From an uncultured Gemmatimonadales bacterium (GTDB lineage: Bacteria; Gemmatimonadota; Gemmatimonadetes; Gemmatimonadales; Gemmatimonadaceae): a DNA stretch of 64,000 nt. Under the pieces are notes generated by a model that made no database searches, had not been told where the DNA came from, and was given only the letters and a program-made list of their open reading frames with translations. Each line of letters opens with the position of its first letter. Within the stretch, counting starts at the first letter, position 1. Location of the stretch: the NCBI GenBank assembly GCA_963701965.1, contig OY969695.1:1920001-1984000 (forward strand). The letters are read 5' to 3'. Below, piece after piece: positions 54,939 to 64,000 of the stretch. Position numbers and translations under genes: made by a program.

Positions 54939-57326
54939 ATGCAATCCCTCGCCCAAGACCTCAAGCTCGCCATGCGCCGGATTGGGCGCTATCCGGCGAT
55001 TTCGTTTGCTATTATCGCGACACTAACGCTTAGTATTGGCGCCAGCGTCGCGACATTTAGTATCGTTAGCGGCGTTCTGCTCCACCCGCTCCCGTATCCC
55101 GAACCTGACCGTCTGCTCGTGCTCGCCCCGGATGGCGTATCGATACCGGACGGCGTCGACTGGCGGGAGCGGAGCCACACGCTGCGCGATGCCGCGCTCT
55201 TTCTCCCCACCTGGGATTTCGACCTGACCGGACGTGGCGCGCCCGAACGCCTGGATGGCGCTGTCATCGAGCCACGCCTGTTCCGCGTGCTCGGCGTGCA
55301 CGCCGAGTTGGGTCGGGATCTCAGCGACGCCGATGATCGCGCGGGCGGACCACACGTCGCCGTCATCGCCCGCGGCCTCTGGGTCCGCCGGTTCGGCGCC
55401 GACCCGCAAGCGATCGGGCGGACCATCACGTTGAATGGCGCGGCCACCACCATTGTCGGCGTCATGCCCGCCGAAGCGGACGTCTTCGGCACCGGAGTGC
55501 AGGTGTGGGTGCCGCAGGCCATCGAAACGCCGTGGGCCGCCACCAGTCGCGGGAGCAACAACTTCGCCGCCATCGGCCGCCTCGCGCCCGCGACCACCCT
55601 CGAGGCCGGACGCGCTGAATTGCTGACGATCAGCCGCGCATTGGCCGCCAAGTACCCGGACACGAACGAGGGCAAGCTCCTCGCGCCGGTACCGATCCTC
55701 GACGCCCTCGTCGGCCAGGTCCGGGCACCGCTCGTGCTCCTCCTCGCGGCCGTCTCGCTTGCGCTGCTCCTCGCCGCCGCGAATCTCGCGGGCCTGCTCC
55801 TCGCCCGCGCCGAGTCGCGCCGCGACGAGATCGCCGTCCGCCTCGCCTTGGGCGGCGGACGCCGGCGCATCGTGCGGCAACTCGTCACCGAAGGCGCCGT
55901 GCTCGTCGGCGTCGGCGCCGCCCTCGGCACCCTGCTCGCGGCCATGGGACGCGACCTCCTCGTCGCACTGGCCCCGGCGTCGCTGCCTCGCGCCGCGGAG
56001 ATCGGTATCGACTGGAGAGTCCTCGCCTTCGCCGTCATTGCGGCCGCGGTCACCGGCGCCCTGTGCTCGGCCCTGCCGGCGCTGGTGACGGTGCCATCCA
56101 GTCGCGCCCGCCGCGCCGCGCCGCGCTCCCGGACGTTCTTGCGCGGCCTCGTGGTGGGCGAGCTGACGGCGGGCCTCGTCCTCGTCAGCGGCGCCGCACT
56201 CCTGGCGCGCAGTCTCTTCGCCCTGGAACGCGTGAACCTCGGGTTTGATCCGGCGCGCGTCGTCACCGCCGACCTGGTTCTTCCCGAAGCGCGCTATGGA
56301 GTCCGCGAGCGGCAAACGGCGGCGTTCCTGGCCGCGGTGCGGGCGCTAGCCGTGGCGCCGGGAGTCGAGGCCGCGGGATCGGGGATGGGCATTCCGCTCT
56401 CCGGGAACATGCACGTCGGATACCGGTTCGCCATCAATGGACGGCCTCCGCTCCCCGCGGGTCAGGACGGCGCCGCCGATCGCCCGGTGACCGGTGAATA
56501 CTTCCGGGCAATGGGGCTGCCCCTCCTGTCCGGCCGCACCTTCACGGAATCCGACCGCGCGGGAACGGCACCCGTTGCCGTCGTCAACCAAACATTCGCG
56601 CGCCAGTACTGGCCCGGCGCGTCCGCGCTCGGCGCGCACGTCCACTGGGTCGGGATCGACGGTGGCGGCGCGTGGATGACGGTGGTCGGGGTCGTCGGCG
56701 ATGCGGCGGGCGCGGCGCCCACGACGCGCGATGCGCCAGCGATCTACGTTCCCTACGCCCAACGCACCGAGCAGTGGCAGCGATTTGGCACACTCGTCGT
56801 GCGGCTCCGCGCCGGCCTCGATCCTGCCGCCGGCGCCGCGCTCCTGCGGGATACCTGGGCCCGCGTGGACCCGGACGTGCCGCTCGCCCATGTGGGGCCG
56901 ATGACGCGCCGGCGCGCCGACAGCATCGCCCAGCCGCGGTTCAATGCGCTGGCGCTGGGCGTGTTCGCGCTCGGCGCGCTCATCCTCGCCGTGCAGGGCG
57001 TATACGGGACCGTCAGCTATGTCGTCGAGCAACGGCGGCGCGAGTTCGGCGTGCGCGTCGCCATCGGCGCCACGGCGCTCAATGTCGTGCGCATCGTCAT
57101 GCGCGACGCGGCCGCAATGGCGCTCGGCGGCATCGCCCTCGGCACCATTGGCGCATTGGCGGCGACCCGGGCCTTGGGGAGCCTGTTGTATGGCGTTGGC
57201 GCCAGCGATCCCGCGACGCACGCGGCCGCAGCCGCGGCCCTGGCCGCCGCCGCGCTCGTCGGCGCCTATGTCCCCGCGCGCCGCGCGGGCCGCGCCGACG
57301 CCGCCCAGTCCCTGCGCGGCGAGTAA
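54939..57326 (+). CDS. MacB-like duplicated ABC permease (ADOP family)
   Basis: QDLKLAMRR...PLPYPEPDRL, ANLAGLLLAR...EIAVRLALG, YVVEQRRREFGVRVAIGA, PARRAGRADAAQSLRGE; no ATPase nearby. Confidence 0.9.
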   Translation: MQSLAQDLKLAMRRIGRYPAISFAIIATLTLSIGASVATFSIVSGVLLHPLPYPEPDRLLVLAPDGVSIPDGVDWRERSHTLRDAALFLPTWDFDLTGRGAPERLDGAVIEPRLFRVLGVHAELGRDLSDADDRAGGPHVAVIARGLWVRRFGADPQAIGRTITLNGAATTIVGVMPAEADVFGTGVQVWVPQAIETPWAATSRGSNNFAAIGRLAPATTLEAGRAELLTISRALAAKYPDTNEGKLLAPVPILDALVGQVRAPLVLLLAAVSLALLLAAANLAGLLLARAESRRDEIAVRLALGGGRRRIVRQLVTEGAVLVGVGAALGTLLAAMGRDLLVALAPASLPRAAEIGIDWRVLAFAVIAAAVTGALCSALPALVTVPSSRARRAAPRSRTFLRGLVVGELTAGLVLVSGAALLARSLFALERVNLGFDPARVVTADLVLPEARYGVRERQTAAFLAAVRALAVAPGVEAAGSGMGIPLSGNMHVGYRFAINGRPPLPAGQDGAADRPVTGEYFRAMGLPLLSGRTFTESDRAGTAPVAVVNQTFARQYWPGASALGAHVHWVGIDGGGAWMTVVGVVGDAAGAAPTTRDAPAIYVPYAQRTEQWQRFGTLVVRLRAGLDPAAGAALLRDTWARVDPDVPLAHVGPMTRRRADSIAQPRFNALALGVFALGALILAVQGVYGTVSYVVEQRRREFGVRVAIGATALNVVRIVMRDAAAMALGGIALGTIGALAATRALGSLLYGVGASDPATHAAAAAALAAAALVGAYVPARRAGRADAAQSLRGE

Positions 57327-57347
57327 GCCGGCCCGTATACTCCACGC

Positions 57348-58733
57348 ACGTCCAGAGCCGTCCTCACTACCATCGCCGCGACCGCGGCGGCGCGGCTCGC
57401 GCTGGCGGCCGCTTTTGGGCTGGGCGTCGATGAGTCCTACGCCGCATCGGTGGCCCGGCCACCATCGCTCAGCTACTTCGAGCACCCACCGCTCCATTTC
57501 TGGATCGCGGCGGGCGCCGAGGCGGTGGCGCGGGTCCACGGCGCGAGTCCCATGGCGGATCTGGCGGTGCGCGCGCCCTTCATCGCACTGTTCGCGCTGA
57601 CCACGTGGCTCATGTACCGCCTGACGGCACGTCTGTTCAATGAACCGGCCGGCGTCGCCGCGGCACTGGCGCTCAACGTCTCCGCCGTGTTCACCGTCAG
57701 CACCGGCGGGTGGGTCCTGCCGGATGGGCCCCTCATGTGCGCGGCGCTCGCCGCCGTCTACTGCGTCGTGCGCGCGGTCGACAATGACGCGCCGGCATGG
57801 TGGCTCGGAGCCGGGCTCGCGTGTGGTGTCGCTTTGCTCTCCAAGTACCACGGCGTGCTCGTTATCGCCGGGGTGTTTCTCTTTCTCGTGAGCACGCCGG
57901 GCGCGCGTCGATGGCTGGCGCGTCCCGCTCCCTATCTCGCCGTGCTCATCGCCGCTTTGGTGTTTTCGCCGGTGCTCATCTGGAATGCGCGGCATGGGTG
58001 GATTTCGTTCGTCTTTCAGCTCGGGCGCAACGCGCCGCCCCATGGGCGGCCGTTGCTCGCGCTGTTGCAGAACATTGGGGGGCAGATTGGCTTTGTGTTG
58101 CCGTGGGTGTGGATTCCACTGATCATGGCCTTCGTCTCGGCGCTTCGCGCCGGACGAAAAGACGCACGAGGGTGGTTGTGCTGCAGCCTGGCGATCATAC
58201 CCATCACGTTGTTCACCTTGGCGTCGCTGGGCGGGAATCCGGGGCAGCCGCATTGGCCGGCGCTCGGCTATCTCTTTCTCTTCCCTCTGCTCGGGCGCGG
58301 CGCGACGGCCTGGCCGTTTCGGCGCTGGCTCGCCGCGTCGTTCGCGGTGCTCGGCGCGGCCGCGCTCATCGTGTGTTGGCGCCCGCCGGCCGATCTCGTG
58401 GATTGGAAGGACATTCAGCAGCTCGATACGCGCGGCCGTTTCGTCGCGGCGCCGAGTTGGATCCAAGCGGGCAAGGTCGCGTGGGCGCTCGGTCCGGACG
58501 TGCCGGTGCTCTGTCTCAGCGTCGAGCCCCACCAATTCGCCTTTCTCCGGGACCCGCGCGATTTCGTCGGGAAAGACGGACTCCTCATCATGCGCCCCCA
58601 AGGCGCGAAGGCCACCCTGGCCCGGTACGCGTCCTTGTTCGCGGCGATCACCCCTCTCGGTGAACGGCCGATCACGCGCCTCGGCCGCACCCAGTTCACG
58701 GTGGCGGTCTTCTCAGCGACCCAAATGAAATAA
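57348..58733 (+). CDS. GT-C (ArnT/family 39) membrane glycosyltransferase; start codon non-canonical or uncertain
   Basis: GVDESY, SYFEHPPL, LPDGPL, LLSKY, WNARHGWISF; the conserved N-terminus lies upstream of the first GTG (57450). Confidence 0.82.
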   Translation, partial: TSRAVLTTIAATAAARLALAAAFGLGVDESYAASVARPPSLSYFEHPPLHFWIAAGAEAVARVHGASPMADLAVRAPFIALFALTTWLMYRLTARLFNEPAGVAAALALNVSAVFTVSTGGWVLPDGPLMCAALAAVYCVVRAVDNDAPAWWLGAGLACGVALLSKYHGVLVIAGVFLFLVSTPGARRWLARPAPYLAVLIAALVFSPVLIWNARHGWISFVFQLGRNAPPHGRPLLALLQNIGGQIGFVLPWVWIPLIMAFVSALRAGRKDARGWLCCSLAIIPITLFTLASLGGNPGQPHWPALGYLFLFPLLGRGATAWPFRRWLAASFAVLGAAALIVCWRPPADLVDWKDIQQLDTRGRFVAAPSWIQAGKVAWALGPDVPVLCLSVEPHQFAFLRDPRDFVGKDGLLIMRPQGAKATLARYASLFAAITPLGERPITRLGRTQFTVAVFSATQMK

Positions 58734-61056
58734 GTAGGTGACCTTCACGAAGAAGCTGTCGTTCAGCCGATTGAGTCCCGTGAAATTGAATGCATAGGGC
58801 TCGGCCAGATTGCTACTGTAGCCCAGGTAGAATACGGTCCCCGGCGTCGGCTGATACGAGAACAGAAAGTTTCCGCTGACCGCGTTGGCCAGCGTCTTGG
58901 GCTGCGGCAGGAACGTATTCGTGGCCGGGTCACGAATCAGAATCGGATCATTCGTGCGTCCGTCGTCGCGCAGCGCCGCGACCCACGTCGAGTTGTACTG
59001 GCCGATGAACCGGACGAAGATCGGCCGCGCCAGCTGATAGGCGACTTCGAGGTAGGGCACGCGCTGCACGGCCACCTGCGTATTGTCCGATCGCCGGACC
59101 CACTGCTGTTGCGCATAAATCAGGGATACCCGCGCCCGATCGGTCGGTCGCCAGTCGATCGTCGCGTTGAAATCGAGGATCCAGGACGACGACCACTCGT
59201 AAAAGTTGTCGTCGATCCCCGTGACGGCGGTGATAGACGCGTCAAATCCCTTCCATCGCGGCGTCGTGAACCCCGTGACGATGTCGAGGTTCGGCAGGTT
59301 CGGCGTGCCCACGTACGGCACGGTGTCCACCCCCGCAGCCGTGCGTTTCGCCACGTAATAGTTGGCGTACAGGGACGGATCGTACCCGTACGTCTCGACG
59401 AACACGTTTCCCACGAACTGCCATCCCCCGTGCAGGGTCACGGCGTTGCTGAAGTGCCACCGCACGTCCTCGCCACGGTGGAGCGCCAGAAAATTGTCGT
59501 AGCGCCACGTGGTGACCTGGCTGAAATCGAACGTGTAGCTCTCGACGAGCGCGCCCGGCTTCCCGTACACGATCAGCGCATTGTCGAGATCCATGTTCAC
59601 GATGCCCGTGCGGGCGACGTATCCACTTTCGTCAATGAATTGCGGCGCGTACCCGGTCAGCAACCAATGCAGGCGGAGATGCCGGCCGTTGCGCTCGAAC
59701 AACCCGCTCCAGAGGGGACCCGCGCCGCGGGTGGTATCCGTGCGCGTATCGCTCACGGCCCCCTGGAGGCGGAGGTCGTAGATGTCGCCGAACACCAGGC
59801 GCGCATCGAGACTCCCGACGTGATTGAAGTACGGCCCGTCCTCGCGGTCCGCGGCCAGGAGGCCGACCGTGAGCGCCGATCCCAGATCGCGGCGGACGCG
59901 CAGGATGTTGAAGACCGGGTGATCCGTCCCCGTCGCGGAGCCCGTCGTCGCATCGGCCGCCGAGAGGAGGCCGATGCTGGCGCCCGCCATTTCGCCGGTG
60001 AGCTTCACGGCCGCGTCCGGCTGCAGGATCTGTCGGGTGTAGACGAGCAGGTTCGGCGTGTCGAACTGCTCGAGGCCATCGAGGAAGAAGGGACGTTTTT
60101 CGGGGAAAAAGAGCGCGTTGCGCGGGTCGTAGGACAGCACGGGGACGTCGGATTCGATCTGGGAGAAGTCCGGCCGCACGGTGCCATCGAGCGTGAGGTT
60201 GTCGGTGAGGCCCCACCGGACGTTGCCGCCGGGGTGCAAGGGTTGCGCGCTGTAACGCCATCCACCCGGTTGCGGCGTGCCGTCGACGTGCGACGTGAGC
60301 TCGGGATTGACGTCGAGGACCGTGCCCCGACTCAGCTCCTGCAATCCTTCCAATGTGCCGAATTGACCAATGAACGAGGCGTTCGATTGGCGCGCCGGCG
60401 TCCAGGTGTCCTGATAGCCCGAGTGTTGGACCTGCCGCACGATGTTCATGCCCCAGCGTTGGGCCCCGCCGGAGCTGAAGCTGATGCTGCTGAAAGGAAT
60501 GCGGACCGCGACCTCGTAGCCGTAGTCGGTGACGTGGCCGCGAGATTCATACGTGTAGTCGGTGCTGAGATCGACGGTATCGCGGATGGGCGCCGGCCCG
60601 CCGATGCTGGACGTCTTGGCCTGGATCCCTTCGCTGAGGATCCCGTCCGCCTGAATGCCCAGCGGGTTCACGCCAAAGACGTATGTGTGTCGATGGTCGT
60701 GGGATGTATCGAGGAGAATCTGGATGTAGTCGTCCGACGCGATCTTGTCGCGATCGGCGAGCGTCGCGTGGACCGGCCCGTGTGATTCGTAGGCGCGGAT
60801 GCCGAAGTAGATGGCCCGGCGCGAGTAGAACACCAGAATTCGCGTCGAATCGGCTGCCGGAACGCCGTCCGACGGCGAGTATTGCGAGAACCCGCGCAAA
60901 ACCGCCGCTCGTGTCCACGCCGGGTCATCGAGCGTGCCGTCGATACGGATGTCCGTTTCGACGCGCGGGATGCGGACGGCCACTTGACCCGCGCGGCCGT
61001 CGTACACCGAATCAGAATGTTGTGGCCAAAACGAGGGCCAGCAGGGGCACGAGCAC
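58713..61056 (-). CDS. Exported CBM9-like/DUF5916 beta-barrel protein; probable 1-nt frameshift in the signal region (~61016)
   Basis: IRIDGTLDDPAW, FGVNPLGIQAD, PDFSQIESD, FFPEKRPFFLDG, C-terminal FFVKVTYLF; the hydrophobic signal VLVPLLALVLATT is in another frame. Confidence 0.82.
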
Positions 61057-61171
61057 GGGCGACAGTACGCCAATGACGCCAGTCCAACAAGGGAAATCAG
61101 GCGTATCGGTACCCCATTCCCTATGTCCAGACAAAATACTTACGTAGCTATGATGTCGCGTTGTCCGAACG

Positions 61172-61200
61172 TTGACAGTTCCCGCCTGTGGTGTTATTCG
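61172..61200 (+). promoter_or_regulatory. Sigma70-like promoter of susC copy 2
   Basis: TTGACA-N17-TATTCG; homologous to 47244-47272. Confidence 0.6.
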
Positions 61201-61315
61201 ATGGCCCGACCTTCATCACACGTCTCTATTAAGTCGTGGCGGGGCACTATGTCCGGTGCCGCGCTCCGGCGGAGCCGTGTCTGTTTGGGGGATAACACAT
61301 CCACCGGGGAGCGGA

Positions 61316-64000
61316 ATGAAACGAAACATGGTGCGCATGGTGGGACTCATGGCGGTCGCGTGGAGCGCGGCCGGTGCGCAGGAGGGCGGCCGGATCACGG
61401 GCCACGTGCTGGATGGCGCGGATAAGGTGCCTCTTTCGGCGGCCCAGGTTTTGGTCAGCGGCACGACGATCGGTACGATCACGAACGACAGTGGGACGTT
61501 CAACCTGCGCGTGCCGGCGGACGGCAAGAGCCTGACGGTCCGCCGCATCGGCTATCGGCAGTCGATTATCCCGTTGGTGGCCGGCCAGGCGGACTACACG
61601 GTCTCTCTGGACCGCGACGTGCTCCGTCTCGAGCAGCAGGTCATCACGGGCGTGGCGACAACCGTTTCGTCCAAGAACGCGGCGAACGCGGTGGCGGTGG
61701 TCTCCGCGGCGGCGGTCAACGAGGTGCCTGCCCCGACGATGGAGAACGCGATCCAGGGCAAGGTGCCCGGCGCGCTCATCGCGTCGAACAACGGCGGCGC
61801 CCCGGGCGGCGGACTCCAGATTCAGGTCCGCGGCGTGACGTCGATCAACGGCAACGCCTCACCGCTCTACGTCATCGACGGCGTCATCGTCAACAACGAG
61901 ACGGTGAACCCCGACGCCAACGCCATCAGCCAGTCGGGCGGCGGCACGACGTCGACCGGTCAGGCGGCATCGGCGGCGCCGAGCCGTGAGGACAACGGCG
62001 TCAATCGTATCGCCGACATCAACCCCGAGGACATCGAGTCCATCGAAGTCCTGAAGGGCGCGTCGGCGTCGGCCATTTACGGCTCCAAGGCCTCCGCGGG
62101 CGTGATCGTCATCACCACGAAGAAGGGCACCGCAGGCAAGCCGCGGTGGGACTTCAACTCGCAGCTCGGCCACTTCTCGCTGGAAAACACCCTGCCGATT
62201 CGCTCGTTCCCAACGCTCGGCAGCGCGCAGCTTTGGTATATCACCGACATCAAGGGCAAGGACGCCGCCACACCCGCGGCGACCGCGGACAGCGCGTTCA
62301 TCAAGACGGTCTACGCCGGTCCGCAGGATTACCAGAGCCAGTTGTTCGGCAATCCGCAGCTCTCGTACTCGTCCAACCTGAGCGTGTCCGGTACGGCCGG
62401 CCAGACGCAGTATTTCGTGTCCGGCCTCACCAAGTACGACAACGGCATCCAGGACAACACGGGTTACAACAAGCAGTCGATCCGCGCCAACGTCACGCAG
62501 GAGTTCAGCTCGAACTTCCACGTGTCGGCGAACCTGAACTACATCCACGACGTCACGCGGCGTGGTATCACGGGCAACGACAACATCGGCATCAGCCCGT
62601 ACAACGTCCTCTCGACGACGCCGCAGTTCGTCAGCCTGAATCATCAGGCCGCGAACGGCACGTGGCCGATCAACCCGTTCGGTTCGGCGAACCCGTTTGC
62701 CGACGCCGAGGAGATCGCCACGCCGGAGGCGCTGAGCCGCTTCATCGGCGGTGGCAACGTGAACTGGGACCTGTTCAAGACCGAGCACCAGACGTTGAAC
62801 TTCACGGCGATCGGCGGGGCCGACGTCGCGAACTACACCAGCCTCCTGTTCGCGCCGACCGACCTGCAGGTCGAGCAGTTGATTCCGAACGGTCTCGTGG
62901 GCACCTCGGTGACCAACTCGGCGTCGATCCAGTATTTCAACTACTCGTTGAACCTGAGCCACCACTACACGGGCTTGTCCTTCATGGACATGACCACGAC
63001 CGCGGGCTTCACGCGCGACCGGCGCAGCCTGACGAACCCGGTGACCGTCGGACAGAACCTGTTGGCGGGGGTCAACTCGCCGACGGTCGGCACGGTGCAG
63101 CAGAACTTCTATCAGCACACGCAGCAGCTCGACCAGTCGTTCTACGGCCAAGAGCAGCTGTTGCTCCTCGACCAGCGCCTCGCGCTGACCGGCGGCGTCA
63201 CGGCCGAGCGCTCGACGAACGACGGCAACATCGGACGGTTCTACGCGTATCCGCGCGGGTCGGCGTCGTTCCGGATCCCGCAGATCGCCAGCTTCGTCGA
63301 TGAGTTGAAGCTGCGCTTCGCCTATGGACAGTCGGGGAACCTGCCCCTGTACGGCGCCAAGTACACGCCGTTCAACCCGTCGCAGATCAGCGGCCTGGGC
63401 GGCATCTCGGGCAACCCGAACCACGGCGACCCGACGATCACGCCGGAGCAGGAAACCGAGATGGAGACGGGCTTCGACTTGACGTTCTTCAAGTCACGGG
63501 CGCAGTTCTCCGCGACCGTCTATCAGAAGCAGCTCTCCAACCTGATTCTCCAGGCCAGCGTTGCGCCGTCGCTCGGGTTCGCGACGCAGTTCTTCAACGG
63601 TGGTCAGTTCACGAACCAGGGTATCGAGCTGCAGCTGCAGGCAACACCGATCCAGACGCGTAGCGGCTTCGCGTGGACGTCGAACATCACGTACTCGCGT
63701 AACTACAGCGTCGTGAACTCGCTGCCCACGGCTCCTGGCCCGATCGGCAACACGTTCGGGTTCGGCAACGCGTTCCTCGCGCCCGGCCGCTCCGTCAGCG
63801 AGCTGGTGAATCCGAACATCCTCGGCAAGGACAACCTGCCGATTCAGGTGGGCGACTTCCAGCCGACGTTCCGGATGGACTTCGAAGAAGCGATTTCGTT
63901 TGGTCCGCTCCGCGCCTCTGGCCAGATGGAATGGAGCAAAGGCGGAAGCACGATCAACTTGACGAACCTGTACTTCGACGGCGGCCCGCAGCTCTGGGCT
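61316..64000 (+). CDS. SusC/RagA family TonB-dependent receptor, close paralog of 47349-50342 (3'-truncated by window edge)
   Basis: MKRNMVRMVGLMAVAWSAAGAQEGGRITGHV...; near-identical plug motifs to copy 1; frame runs to the window end. Confidence 0.92.
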   Translation, partial: MKRNMVRMVGLMAVAWSAAGAQEGGRITGHVLDGADKVPLSAAQVLVSGTTIGTITNDSGTFNLRVPADGKSLTVRRIGYRQSIIPLVAGQADYTVSLDRDVLRLEQQVITGVATTVSSKNAANAVAVVSAAAVNEVPAPTMENAIQGKVPGALIASNNGGAPGGGLQIQVRGVTSINGNASPLYVIDGVIVNNETVNPDANAISQSGGGTTSTGQAASAAPSREDNGVNRIADINPEDIESIEVLKGASASAIYGSKASAGVIVITTKKGTAGKPRWDFNSQLGHFSLENTLPIRSFPTLGSAQLWYITDIKGKDAATPAATADSAFIKTVYAGPQDYQSQLFGNPQLSYSSNLSVSGTAGQTQYFVSGLTKYDNGIQDNTGYNKQSIRANVTQEFSSNFHVSANLNYIHDVTRRGITGNDNIGISPYNVLSTTPQFVSLNHQAANGTWPINPFGSANPFADAEEIATPEALSRFIGGGNVNWDLFKTEHQTLNFTAIGGADVANYTSLLFAPTDLQVEQLIPNGLVGTSVTNSASIQYFNYSLNLSHHYTGLSFMDMTTTAGFTRDRRSLTNPVTVGQNLLAGVNSPTVGTVQQNFYQHTQQLDQSFYGQEQLLLLDQRLALTGGVTAERSTNDGNIGRFYAYPRGSASFRIPQIASFVDELKLRFAYGQSGNLPLYGAKYTPFNPSQISGLGGISGNPNHGDPTITPEQETEMETGFDLTFFKSRAQFSATVYQKQLSNLILQASVAPSLGFATQFFNGGQFTNQGIELQLQATPIQTRSGFAWTSNITYSRNYSVVNSLPTAPGPIGNTFGFGNAFLAPGRSVSELVNPNILGKDNLPIQVGDFQPTFRMDFEEAISFGPLRASGQMEWSKGGSTINLTNLYFDGGPQLWA

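Noticed and set aside
4355..61056. Programmed ribosomal frameshifting as the explanation for the three split genes
   Set aside because: No canonical slippery heptamer or stimulatory structure; three single-base indels in short homopolymers of unrelated genes fit assembly error better.
1..64000. Prophage, transposase, integrase, rRNA or tRNA genes
   Set aside because: No supporting motifs or structures were recognised anywhere in the window.

Overview
GC-rich bacterial genomic window, probably from a Gemmatimonadota-like organism (inferred from the SusC/RagA-type receptors, the ADOP-type permease and the style of the lipoproteins; not proven). From left to right: (1) queE (partial) and queD. 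(2) A cell-envelope cluster: NlpC/P60, CapA, M23 peptidase and an HExxH membrane protein. (3) A ~15 kb Wzx/Wzy-type exopolysaccharide locus (GMC oxidoreductase, GT2/GT4/WecG transferases, polymerase, Tat-exported GH10, flippase, priming transferase, Wzc, Wza) with a perfect CRP-type box upstream. (4) A GT-C gene and a TonB receptor/ECF sigma/anti-sigma unit. (5) An atypical OmpR-type regulator and a YncE-like beta-propeller. (6) Two exported low-complexity proteins behind sigma54-like promoters. (7) kup, a deacetylase, an orphan TonB receptor, gmhA, an aldo/keto reductase carrying a 63-nt in-frame palindromic insertion, ligD, a PAS-GGDEF-EAL protein and an anion-type ABC transporter. (8) A SusC/SusD pair, with a close SusC paralog at the right edge that shares its promoter. 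The most striking element is a compact module at 51.8-54.9 kb. It contains a small, easily missed exported/lipoprotein precursor with three identical SGIGAGSSG cores, between a TPR-like helical-repeat protein and a receiver-like AraC regulator plus a single-domain response regulator. This is a candidate undescribed peptide-signalling system. Three genes have single-base frameshifts that look like assembly errors. No rRNA, tRNA, CRISPR array or transposase was recognised. Family assignments come from motifs read by eye, not from database searches.
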